A stretch of 27,508 nucleotides of DNA. Origin: a virus. Lineage: Duplodnaviria > Heunggongvirae > Uroviricota > Caudoviricetes. The position numbers and the translations under genes are program-made. Position 1 is the stretch's first letter; the number at the start of each line of letters is the position of its first letter. The notes under the pieces are model-generated. The model was given only the letters and a program-made list of their open reading frames with translations. It was not told the DNA's origin and ran no database searches. The stretch is taken from the IMG/VR virus record IMGVR_UViG_2690316076_000006; one strand, written 5' to 3'. Shown here piece by piece: positions 9,308 through 18,902 of this stretch.

Positions 9308-9742
9308 GTGTTTTTTAGTCCATCTTTAAATATTTTTGTGAATCCTGCGCTTAAGGATGACTACATCAATGTAAATTCATGGCCAGATGATGCTGTTGAA
9401 GTTGATGAGCAGGTGTATATTGAGTTTTCCGGATTACCGCCGAAAGGAAAAATCCGTATCGCTGGGGAAAATGGTTTTCCTGCATGGTCTGAAATTCCAC
9501 CACCAACGCATGAGGAACAGATTGCCGCAGCCGAATTGAAAAAACAGCAATTGATTAATCAGTCCAACGAATATATGAATACCAAGCAATGGCCTGGTAA
9601 AGCGGCTATTGGTCGTCTGAAAGGTGAGGAACTGGCGCAATATAATTTGTGGCTGGATTATCTGGACGCACTGGAACTGGTTGATACCTCCAGTGCTCCA
9701 GATATTGAATGGCCTACGCCTCCGGCAGTTCAGGCCAGATGA
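9308..9742 (+). CDS. Tail fibre assembly chaperone, alternative cassette (Tfa'), 144 aa
   Basis: C-terminal DIEWPTPPA motif typical of tail fibre assembly proteins (P2 gpG / Mu U family); follows Hv'; convergent with, and overlapping, the other tfa gene. Confidence 0.8.
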   Translation: MFFSPSLNIFVNPALKDDYINVNSWPDDAVEVDEQVYIEFSGLPPKGKIRIAGENGFPAWSEIPPPTHEEQIAAAELKKQQLINQSNEYMNTKQWPGKAAIGRLKGEELAQYNLWLDYLDALELVDTSSAPDIEWPTPPAVQAR

Positions 9743-10307
9743 CATCCGGCGCGGTGCTCGTATCTGTTGCCGTCACCGCGTCAATGTAATCAAGCACGGC
9801 GTTAAGCCGGGTGGTTTCTGCCTGCGTCAGCTTCCGCCCGGCCTGTAATTTCAGCTGAATCAGACTGATGGAAGCCATTGCAGCATCAATCAGTGACTGG
9901 CGCTGTGCTTCTGCCGCTTCTACTGCGGCACCGTGTTGTGCCTCAGTATCTGTCACCCATTTCTCACCATCCCATTTATCATATGGCGTTAACGGTGAAA
10001 GCGTGACATAACCGTTTTTGATGGCACCGATATAATCCACTGTAACAGCAGCACCATTTTCGATTGAGTAAACAGTCTCATTGCGATGGTCTTCTTCATG
10101 GCTCCATCCCTTACCTGTAAATACTGCCACTTTTCCCGGAATGTTTTCGCCCGGGTCAATACCAGTGGAACAGGCGGGCATACTTACACCAGTATTAATA
10201 TATTCATCAGACCAGCCCGTATATTCATACGTTACTGCATCATAATAAAAACAACGCATATCACCCGGCACTGTAGCCAGTCCATTTTCATCAAAAACAG
10301 GTTTCAT
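9714..10307 (-). CDS. G: Tail fibre assembly chaperone (gpG-like), active cassette, 197 aa
   Basis: C-terminal APDVIWPELPEA motif; immediately downstream of H on the minus strand. Confidence 0.85.
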   Translation of the reverse strand: MKPVFDENGLATVPGDMRCFYYDAVTYEYTGWSDEYINTGVSMPACSTGIDPGENIPGKVAVFTGKGWSHEEDHRNETVYSIENGAAVTVDYIGAIKNGYVTLSPLTPYDKWDGEKWVTDTEAQHGAAVEAAEAQRQSLIDAAMASISLIQLKLQAGRKLTQAETTRLNAVLDYIDAVTATDTSTAPDVIWPELPEA

Positions 10308-11590
10308 TATTTAGCCCTCACCAGAAAGTTAAATGCAATGTTACGTGGTCTGACGGCAATAAAATTAACACCATCTCCTACTGAGTTACTGGTGTACTGA
10401 AATCGAGAGAAACCTGGTTGGTGTGCTGATATTCCATCGTAATCAGCAATCGCATGGCCGGACCCTTCTGGATAATTACCGCCAAATTGCGATAAAGCTG
10501 TTGCTGCCTGCCAGCTTAATAATGCTCGCCCACTGTCCGCCCCTCGCCCATCATCCCAGATACGAATGAAATCACCGCGGGCTTCAGGTAATACCAGCGA
10601 AGGAAACACTTTTGCCAGCACAGGGTAATCAGAGGCAGAAAATTTCGCCCCGTTGAACTTCAAAAACACCATACTGGACCAGCTATCGATTACAGTATTT
10701 GGCATTGCAGCGGACGGCCAGAAGAACGGAACGCCAATAGCTGGAGCACCTTCTCCCAAACCAAGGTATGTGAGAAGACCAGCTACATCCTTTCCACTCA
10801 AATGAGTCAGCGTATTGTCCAGCGGTTGTTTACCTGCCAGCGCATTGTTAATGGTGGTACTGAATTTCGGGTCATTGTTGATAGCTGCGGCAATTTCTTT
10901 CAGTGTGTCCAGCGTGTCAGGGGCACCGTTAATCAGAGCGGTAATAGCGGCCTGTACAAACGCAGTGGTCGCAATCCGCGTGGTGTTATTTCCTGCGGCA
11001 GGCGTCGGCGCTTTTGGTTCTCCGGTAAATGTCGGATTATGTTTCTGTGCATACTGGGTATGAGGATCCTGTGCGGCAATGTGGTTTCTCATCTGGTCAT
11101 CCACATACAGCTTTAATTCCAGGACTTTATCATCCACGTATTTACGGGTCGCCAGTACCACCGACGGGTCGATTTTCAGCGTGATGGCTTCGGTATTCGT
11201 GACAACCAGAATCATGCGGATAGTCTGGGTACGACCACTGCCTTCCTGCAACTGCGGTTTGTACGTTTCCGGGCAGTTCGCCACCGCAATGAGTACGCCT
11301 TCATCATCATAAAGCCCAATCTCACGGATCCAGAATCCTCCCTCGTTCTCAGGGATGATTTGCTCCGCAATAATCTGGCTCTGGTTGTTCGGGTCAACAC
11401 TCAGAAGATTCAGCGGCGCGATGCGTTTCTGGTTAATCAGTTTTGTCTGTGCCGGGTCTGGTGTCGGCAAGACACCATTCGCATCACCAACGGCCATTTG
11501 CGTCAGATTCAGCTTACTGCCGAGCATCGTCGCGTTAGCCAGCCGTGCTGCGCCCTGATTAGTCAGAATGGCGTAGTATTTCACTGTCAT
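10307..11590 (-). CDS. H: Tail fibre protein gpH (constant N-terminal part plus currently expressed variable C-terminus), 427 aa
   Basis: N-terminus resembles P2 gpH (MAVGD...GGFW.RE.GLYDD.G.LIAVAN...YKP...EGSG); position between I and the tfa gene; the C-terminal ~150 aa lie inside the invertible segment. Confidence 0.88.
   Translation of the reverse strand: MTVKYYAILTNQGAARLANATMLGSKLNLTQMAVGDANGVLPTPDPAQTKLINQKRIAPLNLLSVDPNNQSQIIAEQIIPENEGGFWIREIGLYDDEGVLIAVANCPETYKPQLQEGSGRTQTIRMILVVTNTEAITLKIDPSVVLATRKYVDDKVLELKLYVDDQMRNHIAAQDPHTQYAQKHNPTFTGEPKAPTPAAGNNTTRIATTAFVQAAITALINGAPDTLDTLKEIAAAINNDPKFSTTINNALAGKQPLDNTLTHLSGKDVAGLLTYLGLGEGAPAIGVPFFWPSAAMPNTVIDSWSSMVFLKFNGAKFSASDYPVLAKVFPSLVLPEARGDFIRIWDDGRGADSGRALLSWQAATALSQFGGNYPEGSGHAIADYDGISAHQPGFSRFQYTSNSVGDGVNFIAVRPRNIAFNFLVRAK
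10751..10776. repeat. Invertase crossover site, right (inside gene H): ttctcccaaaccaaggtatgtgagaa
   Basis: Inverted copy of the 8945-8970 site (21/26 identical, identical central TT); encodes LTYLGLGEGAP in H, which marks the constant/variable junction. Confidence 0.7.
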
Positions 11591-12198
11591 GCGTTTACTC
11601 TCATGTTATCAATTAAATGAATGGCCGAGGCCGGGAAATAATCCCCTCCGACAATAATGGCCTCCGGGGTGTAGGGATAAACCGTCAGGGCGTCGCCGTG
11701 ATAGCATCCCGCACCGGCAAAAATGTTGCCGGTTGTACTTAAACTGATAGCCAGTCCCGTCAGATGGCGGCTTGCAGGTTTTGCATCAGCAACGAGACGC
11801 TCCAGCTCCTGATACATTTCCTCGGTAATACCCTGCTCAAGCACGCCAACAACGATGCGGAACGTCCCCGGCTCCTCGTTGAGCTGCCACCACTCCCTCA
11901 CCTCAATCAGATAGCCGAGCGGCTCCACCACACGGCGAATCGCACCAATAGTGCCCTTATGGCAGTGAATGAAATACGCATCGCGGATAACAGCGCGTTT
12001 TGTCGCTTCCGGCCACTTATCATCCCAGCGGTCAACCGAAAATGACCACGCCAGCCACGGCAGCAGATTTGCCGGACAGGTATCCGGGTTCCACAGCTCA
12101 CGAATACTGACCGGCGTTTTTTCAATTTCCGCACAGGCTCTTGCGGCGGCGACTTCAAGCGGTGATGAGCCGGTCGGCAGCAGGCGCGAATCACTCAT
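11587..12198 (-). CDS. I: Baseplate protein gpI, 203 aa
   Basis: Synteny (between J and H) and sequence recall of the P2 gpI N-terminus (MSDSRLLPTGSSPLEVAAA...). Confidence 0.85.
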   Translation of the reverse strand: MSDSRLLPTGSSPLEVAAARACAEIEKTPVSIRELWNPDTCPANLLPWLAWSFSVDRWDDKWPEATKRAVIRDAYFIHCHKGTIGAIRRVVEPLGYLIEVREWWQLNEEPGTFRIVVGVLEQGITEEMYQELERLVADAKPASRHLTGLAISLSTTGNIFAGAGCYHGDALTVYPYTPEAIIVGGDYFPASAIHLIDNMRVNA

Positions 12199-13099
12199 CC
12201 GAGCCTCCGGTCACGACGCTGTATTCGGTGCAGAAAGACGCCTGCGTACTGTTGAGCACAATGTCAGCCAGAGGTGCAGTCAGTTCGACACGTTGCACGC
12301 CTTCCACATGCAAAGCGGCATAAATGGCAGACAGACGGATGTCGCGCCCAAGCCGGTGCTGTGCCGTGATGTACGCTTCCAGTTTTTTCACGGCAGCAGC
12401 GCGGATGGGTTCGCTTTCGGGACCTGGGTAAAGGTAAAGCGTGGCGTTTATCTGATATTCAACAATGGCGGCAGACTGCACGGTCACGCGGTCGGCCACC
12501 GGCCTGACGTCCTCGCCATTAAGGGCGTTACGCACCACGGCCAGCAGGTCTTCGGATGCGACGCCGTTATTTTCACGTGACAGCACGGAGATAGTGACGC
12601 AGGCCGGAGACGGACTGGTGACAGAGATATCCGCGACACGCCCGTCGGCACTGCGACCATGATACTGATAGGCTCCCACAGACCCGGCGACGCTTAAGCC
12701 CTCAAACGCCTGCTGAATACGCAGACGATAATCGGTGTCAGACTCCATCACTGCCGGTGTCGGCGGGATGGTCGAATCATCTGCCGGGGTGATAATCAGG
12801 CGCGTGGTGTTGTAATTGGCACCAATCACATCAAGGTCATTACCGGCGGCACAGGCCAGCATCACCGCCCGTGCGGCCTCATTCACACGCTGACGCCAGA
12901 TAAGCTCACGATAAGCGTTTTCCTCCAGCAGTTTGACGAGAGGCTCGGATTCCAGCGTCAGGGTACGGGCGACCGCCTCCTGCTGGTCTTCCGGGTAAAG
13001 GGAAATCAGTGTCGCCTTGCGTTCGGCAAGAATGGTTTCAAAGTCCAGCTCCTCGACCACATCCGGTGCGGGTAGCTGGTTCAGGTCGATAATCGGCAT
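12191..13099 (-). CDS. J: Baseplate assembly protein gpJ, 302 aa
   Basis: Length and synteny match P2 gpJ. Confidence 0.92.
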   Translation of the reverse strand: MPIIDLNQLPAPDVVEELDFETILAERKATLISLYPEDQQEAVARTLTLESEPLVKLLEENAYRELIWRQRVNEAARAVMLACAAGNDLDVIGANYNTTRLIITPADDSTIPPTPAVMESDTDYRLRIQQAFEGLSVAGSVGAYQYHGRSADGRVADISVTSPSPACVTISVLSRENNGVASEDLLAVVRNALNGEDVRPVADRVTVQSAAIVEYQINATLYLYPGPESEPIRAAAVKKLEAYITAQHRLGRDIRLSAIYAALHVEGVQRVELTAPLADIVLNSTQASFCTEYSVVTGGSDE

Positions 13100-13103
13100 G
13101 GTT

Positions 13104-13451
13104 TCAACTCACAGGGATGGTTAACGAAAGTGGCTGGCCGGTGTCGTTGTGCTGACCGGTTAACGTGACCGTCATTCGCCCGTCAAAACTGCGCGCCGTG
13201 GTGACGGATGACAGGGTGACGCGGGGTTCCCATTTCAGTACCGCCATGTAACAGGCGACCTTAATCTGCAACTCAAGCGCCGGAGTCTGCGGCTGGTCAA
13301 TCATTGATGCCAGCAACGAGCCGTAATCACGACGCATCACCCGTGAGCCGACCGGTGTACGCAGGATATCGCCGATACTCTGGCTGATATGCTCAAGGTC
13401 AGTGACAGTCAGGCCATTACTGCGATTCATTCCGAGATAACGCGCTGTCAT
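13104..13451 (-). CDS. W: Baseplate wedge protein gpW, 115 aa
   Basis: Length and synteny match P2 gpW. Confidence 0.9.
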   Translation of the reverse strand: MTARYLGMNRSNGLTVTDLEHISQSIGDILRTPVGSRVMRRDYGSLLASMIDQPQTPALELQIKVACYMAVLKWEPRVTLSSVTTARSFDGRMTVTLTGQHNDTGQPLSLTIPVS

Positions 13452-14083
13452 AAAGGACTCCCGGTTGTACCGCCGCTGTCGCCGGGGTGTTTGTGGGTAT
13501 GCAGTACCTTACCGTTTGATGAGAGTTCACCGCCGGTGTGTTCAATGTTGCCGCGCATCGTCCCGCCCTTCTGCACTTCCAGCGTGCCGGTAGTCAGTTT
13601 GTTAGTGCAGACCACTTCCGGTGTGTCCAGGGTGACACGGGTTGACGCTTTCACCGTGACCATCGGCACCGTGGCAGTAACAGAATCAGAAGCCGTCACG
13701 CTGGCCGTTTTAATTCCGCTTACCGTGAGTGCACTGGTTTCGGGTTCATACTCAATCACCGCCCCGTCAGGGAAACGGATATGCAGGGCATCCGCCGACG
13801 CAGACGGCGCGGGGTTATCGCCGGAATAAATCCCCGGCAGAACAAACGCCGTGTCAAGTTCACCGCCCACGGCCAGAATCAGCACCTGCTCCCCCACGGA
13901 AGGTGCCCACCATGTGCGCGAACGCCCGGCACGACAGGTCAGCCACTGAAGCCAGTCGGTGCACATGCCGCCGGTCTGCACACGGCAGCGACCGGCTTTA
14001 AGGTTGGTTTCGACGACAAGGCCGGTGCGAATCATGTTGCGCAGTGCGCGCGCGAGTTCCTGGATATTTGCGAGAGTGTTCAT
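13448..14083 (-). CDS. V: Baseplate spike/hub protein gpV, 211 aa
   Basis: Length and synteny match P2 gpV. Confidence 0.92.
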   Translation of the reverse strand: MNTLANIQELARALRNMIRTGLVVETNLKAGRCRVQTGGMCTDWLQWLTCRAGRSRTWWAPSVGEQVLILAVGGELDTAFVLPGIYSGDNPAPSASADALHIRFPDGAVIEYEPETSALTVSGIKTASVTASDSVTATVPMVTVKASTRVTLDTPEVVCTNKLTTGTLEVQKGGTMRGNIEHTGGELSSNGKVLHTHKHPGDSGGTTGSPL

Positions 14084-14149
14084 AACGGGAAGGATGCCGC
14101 CGGGTCATACCGGCGGCAATGTGACGATGAGGTGTCGGGAATGGCACAA

Positions 14150-14569
14150 CTAACGGTCGAGGTGAGCCAGAATAATCTCTTCAATCATCTGCACATCCTC
14201 ACCGGTAAAGCCGAGCAGAGGACGCGCCGGATAATCAATTTTCTTACCGTCTTTCCGGTTTTCTTCCGACAGACCGAACTGATGCACACTGGCGATTTTC
14301 GGTGACTTCCCGCCGTAAAATTCCATTGCTGCCTGTTCCGGGCTGGCGCGGATATGCAAAAAACGACTGGTGATAAGTTTCGCAAACATTTTTCGCTTAA
14401 CACGACCGGTCTTTTTTCTGGCGCTCTGCTGCTGGCGTGGCGCATAGGGTGTGCCGTCCGGGGCTTTCTGTGCCATCACCCGGCGCTGCTGACTCTGCCG
14501 CAGACGTTTCGCCAGTTCTGCACTCAGTCGCCGACGCCCTGACGGTGACAGCGACTCAATCAGTCCGGT
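14150..14569 (-). pseudogene. S: Tail completion/virion morphogenesis gene S, 5'-truncated at an internal deletion junction
   Basis: C-terminal ~135 aa (…QKAPDGTPYAPRQQQSARKKTGRVKRKMFAKLITSRFLHIRASPEQ…ILAHLDR) match the P2 gpS family; the N-terminus is replaced by out-of-frame N-derived sequence; the track ORF starts at TTG; the only in-frame ATG is at 14476. Confidence 0.7.
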
Positions 14570-14822
14570 CACCGGCGGTGTCGGTGGTGCTGGCGATGGA
14601 GCCGGTGACACCAATACCAATTTTTTCCCCTTTCATTTCGCTGACCGGCACAATGTTGATGCGGGTCAGAAAGTCAGAGGACTCCTGCATGGTGTTCATC
14701 AGGGTCTGGGTGACCGACGGTTCAACGGTGAATTTTTTCGACACATCACCGGCGTCGATGCCGTTCAGTTCGGCAACACGGGACAGGTAGGCATTAAATT
14801 TAAAGCGGGTTTCCTGGCGCAT
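14556..14822 (-). pseudogene. N: Major capsid protein gene N, truncated after about 84 codons (88-aa remnant)
   Basis: MRQETRFKFNAYLSRVAELNGIDAGDVSKKFTVEPSVTQTLMNTMQESSDFLTRINIVPVSEMKGEKIGIGVTGSIASTTDTAG matches the P2 gpN N-terminus as I recall it, then runs into 4 unrelated codons and a stop; full gpN is about 357 aa. Confidence 0.8.
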
Positions 14823-14880
14823 AGTTTTTCCTGAAATTAAGGGTTAATCGTGAAGGTTTTCCCGGACTGACTGACGCCGG

Positions 14881-15735
14881 TCAGCAGTTCGTCATCAGGG
14901 CGTCACCGCCACCGCCGGTGGCTTTGCTGCGGCGCTGCTGGGTCAGACTTTCGGTGTGGTCGAGACTGTTTTTCAGGCGGGTGAATGCCTGACTAGTTTC
15001 ATCCGCCCTGTCAGTCACATCCTGCTTAAGTGCCGAAAAGGCGGTTTCCATCTCAGCAAGGCGCTGCTCAGTGGCGCTCAGTTTTTCCTGCACATGCTCA
15101 GCGACAGCGGTCACCGCTTCATGCACGTCATTCAGACGGGCGTCATCGCTGGCCTGTTTGCGGCCAAAAATGGATTTCACCTTTTCGGTCAGGGCGGTGA
15201 ACACGGTTTCAGGCAGGTCTTCAAATTCCAGCTCAACAGGCGTTGCCACTGAAATCAGGTTTTCAGGGCTTAATTTGAAGCGGTTCAGAGGGTTGTGTTT
15301 TGCCGTGCGGCAGAATTCCAGGTATTCCGTGCCGAGGCTTGCCGGGTCATCGGTGACGGCCAGACCCACCAGATAACATTTGCCTGTATTGGCAAAGTTC
15401 GGCTGAATTTCCATTGAGGTATAGACCTTCTGCGCGGCCTTGTTCATCGCGATAAGGTCATCGGTCGGGGTGATTTTCGCAAACAGCGCCCATTTGCCTT
15501 TCAGCGCCGAATCATCGTCAATCTTTTCGGCCTTCAGTTCGGCCACATCGCCATAACGTTTAAAAATACCGTCAGGCAGGATGCCGCGCAGATGTTCCAG
15601 GTTAATGCGGCAACCATAGACACGCGGGTCAAAGGTTTCGGCCATTTCCTGAATATCCTGCGCACTGATGACACGCCCGTCACAGGTGTCACCCTCAACG
15701 CCGATACGAAAGAATTTTGAGACTTTTTTTGCCAT
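14881..15735 (-). CDS. O: Capsid scaffolding protein gpO, 284 aa
   Basis: Translation from the internal Met (MAKKVSKFFRIGVEGDTCDGR...) matches P2 gpO; the track ORF is N-terminally over-extended. Confidence 0.9.
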   Translation of the reverse strand: MAKKVSKFFRIGVEGDTCDGRVISAQDIQEMAETFDPRVYGCRINLEHLRGILPDGIFKRYGDVAELKAEKIDDDSALKGKWALFAKITPTDDLIAMNKAAQKVYTSMEIQPNFANTGKCYLVGLAVTDDPASLGTEYLEFCRTAKHNPLNRFKLSPENLISVATPVELEFEDLPETVFTALTEKVKSIFGRKQASDDARLNDVHEAVTAVAEHVQEKLSATEQRLAEMETAFSALKQDVTDRADETSQAFTRLKNSLDHTESLTQQRRSKATGGGGDALMTNC

Positions 15736-15908
15736 TGTCAGGAGTCCTGAATAGTGATTAGAGGAGTCACATGTCGGCATCAGTTTCCCGACGATGCGCA
15801 TCCTCCGCCATCAGTCCCGGATGGCTTATCACTGACACAACAGCACCTTAGCGAATCGCGGGGCGCGACTCAGTAGCCTTGCCGTGTATTCATCACGGCG
15901 AGGTATTC

Positions 15909-17681
15909 ATGACCATCACCACAGACACCACTCTTTTACACGACCCGCGTCGTCAGGCGGCGCTGCTGTACTGGCAGGGATTTTCCGTGCCGCAGATTGC
16001 CGCCATGTTGCAGATGAAACGCCCGACGGTGCAGAGCTGGAAACAGCGCGACGGCTGGGACAGCGTTGCCCCCATCAGCCGTGTCGAAATGAGTCTGGAA
16101 GCGCGGCTGACCCAGCTCATCATCAAACCGCAGAAAACCGGCGGTGACTTCAAGGAAATTGACCTGCTCGGACGCCAGATTGAACGACTGGCACGGGTCA
16201 ACCGTTACAGTCAGACCGGCAACGAGGCAGACCTTAATCCGAACGTCGCTAACCGCAACAAAGGCGGGCGTCGCAAACCGAAAAAGAATTTTTTCAGTGA
16301 CGAGGCCATCGAAAAGCTGGAGCAGATTTTCTTTGAGCAGTCTTTCGAATATCAGTTGCACTGGTATCGCGCCGGGCTTGAGCACCGCATCCGCGATATC
16401 CTGAAATCCCGCCAGATTGGCGCGACGTTTTATTTTTCCCGCGAGGCGCTGCTGCGCGCCCTGAAAACCGGTCATAACCAGATTTTTCTGTCGGCCAGTA
16501 AAACGCAGGCGTATGTGTTCCGCGAATACATCATCGCCTTTGCCCGGCTGGTTGACGTTGACCTGACCGGTGACCCGATTGTCCTGGGCAATAACAGCGC
16601 AAAACTGATTTTTCTCGGCACCAACTCCAACACCGCACAGAGCCATAACGGCGACCTGTACGTCGATGAGATTTTCTGGATCCCGAATTTTCAGGTACTG
16701 CGTAAGGTGGCATCAGGTATGGCCTCACAGAGTCACCTGCGCTCGACCTATTTCTCCACCCCGTCCACGCTGGCGCACGACGCCTACCCGTTCTGGTCGG
16801 GTGAACTGTTCAACCGGGGTCGCGCCAGCGCCGCCGAACGCGTGGAAATCGACGTCAGTCATAACGCCCTTGCCGGAGGTCTTCTCTGTGCGGACGGCCA
16901 GTGGCGGCAGATTGTCACCATTGAGGACGCGCTGAAAGGCGGCTGCACGCTGTTCGACATTGAGCAGCTCAAACGTGAAAACAGCGCCGACGATTTTAAA
17001 AACCTGTTCATGTGTGAATTTGTTGACGACAAGGCGTCGGTGTTCCCGTTCGAGGAGCTGCAACGCTGCATGGTCGACACGCTGGAAGAATGGGAAGACT
17101 ATGCGCCGTTTGCCGCGAATCCGTTCGGCTCCCGCCCGGTATGGATTGGTTACGACCCGTCACACCGTGGCGACAGTGCCGGATGCGTGGTGCTGGCACC
17201 GCCGGTGGTGGCCGGTGGCAAATTCAGAATACTTGAGCGTCACCAGTGGAAAGGCATGGACTTTGCCACTCAGGCTGAATCCATCCGCAAACTCACCGAA
17301 AAATACAACGTCGAATACATCGGTATTGATGCCACCGGCCTCGGTGTCGGCGTGTTCCAGCTCGTGCGCTCGTTCTATCCCGCCGCGCGCGACATCCGCT
17401 ACACGCCGGAAATGAAAACCGCAATGGTGCTCAAGGCAAAAGACGTCATCCGCCGTGGCTGTCTGGAATATGACGTCAGCGCCACCGACATCACCAGCTC
17501 GTTTATGGCTATCCGCAAGACCATGACCAGCAGCGGACGCAGCGCCACCTATGAGGCCAGCCGCAGCGAGGAAGCCAGCCACGCCGATCTCGCCTGGGCG
17601 ACCATGCACGCCCTGTTAAATGAGCCACTCACCGCGGGTATCAGCACTCCGCTGACATCCACCATTCTGGAGTTTTACTGA
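15909..17681 (+). CDS. P: Terminase large subunit gpP, 590 aa
   Basis: MTITTDTTLLHDPRRQAALLYWQGF... matches P2 gpP; divergent from O as in P2; the track ORF is over-extended by 10 codons. Confidence 0.92.
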   Translation: MTITTDTTLLHDPRRQAALLYWQGFSVPQIAAMLQMKRPTVQSWKQRDGWDSVAPISRVEMSLEARLTQLIIKPQKTGGDFKEIDLLGRQIERLARVNRYSQTGNEADLNPNVANRNKGGRRKPKKNFFSDEAIEKLEQIFFEQSFEYQLHWYRAGLEHRIRDILKSRQIGATFYFSREALLRALKTGHNQIFLSASKTQAYVFREYIIAFARLVDVDLTGDPIVLGNNSAKLIFLGTNSNTAQSHNGDLYVDEIFWIPNFQVLRKVASGMASQSHLRSTYFSTPSTLAHDAYPFWSGELFNRGRASAAERVEIDVSHNALAGGLLCADGQWRQIVTIEDALKGGCTLFDIEQLKRENSADDFKNLFMCEFVDDKASVFPFEELQRCMVDTLEEWEDYAPFAANPFGSRPVWIGYDPSHRGDSAGCVVLAPPVVAGGKFRILERHQWKGMDFATQAESIRKLTEKYNVEYIGIDATGLGVGVFQLVRSFYPAARDIRYTPEMKTAMVLKAKDVIRRGCLEYDVSATDITSSFMAIRKTMTSSGRSATYEASRSEEASHADLAWATMHALLNEPLTAGISTPLTSTILEFY

Positions 17682-18715
17682 TGAGCAAGAAAAAAGGGAA
17701 AACACCGCGACCAGCGGCAAAAAAAATGACCGCCAGCGCCCCGAAAATGGAGGCATTCACCTTTGGTGAGCCGGTGCCGGTACTCGACCGCCGTGACATT
17801 CTGGATTACGTCGAATGCATCAGTAACGGCAGATGGTATGAGCCACCGGTCAGCTTTACCGGTCTGGCAAAAAGCCTGCGTGCTGCCGTGCATCACAGCT
17901 CACCGATTTACGTCAAACGTAATATTCTGGCCTCGACATTTATCCCGCATCCGTGGCTTTCCCAGCAGGATTTCAGCCGCTTTGTACTGGATTTTCTGGT
18001 GTTCGGTAATGCGTTTCTGGAAAAGCGTTACAGCACCACCGGTAAGGTCATCAGACTGGAAACCTCACCGGCAAAATATACCCGCCGTGGTGTGGCAGAG
18101 GATGTTTACTGGTGGGTGCCGTCCTTCAACGAGCCGACAGCCTTCGCGCCCGGTTCCGTGTTTCACCTGCTGGAGCCGGATATTAATCAGGAGTTGTACG
18201 GCCTGCCGGAATATCTCAGCGCCCTTAACTCTGCCTGGCTGAATGAGTCGGCCACGCTGTTCCGCCGCAAGTATTACGAAAATGGCGCACATGCCGGATA
18301 CATCATGTACGTCACCGATGCCGTGCAGGATCGCAACGATATCGAAATGCTTCGCGAAAACATGGTGAAGTCAAAAGGCCGCAATAACTTTAAAAATCTG
18401 TTTCTCTATGCCCCGCAGGGGAAAGCCGACGGCATTAAAATTATCCCGCTCAGTGAAGTGGCGACGAAGGACGATTTTTTTAATATCAAAAAAGCCAGCG
18501 CCGCTGACCTGCTGGACGCACACCGCATCCCCTTTCAGTTGATGGGCGGCAAGCCGGAGAACGTCGGGTCGCTGGGTGATATTGAGAAAGTGGCAAAGGT
18601 CTTTGTCCGCAATGAGCTTATCCCGTTACAGGACAGGATCCGCGAGATAAACGGCTGGCTCGGCCAGGAGGTCATCCGCTTTAAAAACTACTCACTGGAC
18701 ACTGACAACGGCTGA
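17681..18715 (+). CDS. Q: Portal protein gpQ, 344 aa
   Basis: Length and synteny match P2 gpQ; start overlaps the P stop. Confidence 0.92.
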   Translation: MSKKKGKTPRPAAKKMTASAPKMEAFTFGEPVPVLDRRDILDYVECISNGRWYEPPVSFTGLAKSLRAAVHHSSPIYVKRNILASTFIPHPWLSQQDFSRFVLDFLVFGNAFLEKRYSTTGKVIRLETSPAKYTRRGVAEDVYWWVPSFNEPTAFAPGSVFHLLEPDINQELYGLPEYLSALNSAWLNESATLFRRKYYENGAHAGYIMYVTDAVQDRNDIEMLRENMVKSKGRNNFKNLFLYAPQGKADGIKIIPLSEVATKDDFFNIKKASAADLLDAHRIPFQLMGGKPENVGSLGDIEKVAKVFVRNELIPLQDRIREINGWLGQEVIRFKNYSLDTDNG

Positions 18716-18720
18716 ACATC

Positions 18721-18742
18721 GCCGCCTGCGGGCGGCTTTTTT
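18721..18742 (+). terminator. Intrinsic terminator after Q
   Basis: GC stem gccgcc/ggcggc with a 4-nt loop, followed by T6, 6 bp after the Q stop. Confidence 0.6.
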
Positions 18743-18883
18743 ACATCCCGTCATCACGCCCTCACACACTCACCACCGCACAAAACAGCCCGCAGGCAAA
18801 CCAACGCCCAACGGACAGACTAAGCGCCGTCACGACGCGCTGAGACGCTGAAAAAATAAAATCAGCACCACCGCCAGCGCGCA

Positions 18884-18902
18884 GTGCTTTCCCCGCCTCG
18901 CC
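18884..18902. other. cos site (19-nt cohesive end sequence)
   Basis: gtgctttccccgcctcgcc is the reverse complement of the P2 cohesive end GGCGAGGCGGGGAAAGCAC as I recall it; sits next to Q as in P2. Confidence 0.85.

Noticed and set aside
15936-16646. 236-aa minus-strand ORF inside the terminase large subunit gene
   Set aside because: Fully antisense to the well-supported gpP coding sequence; typical shadow ORF.
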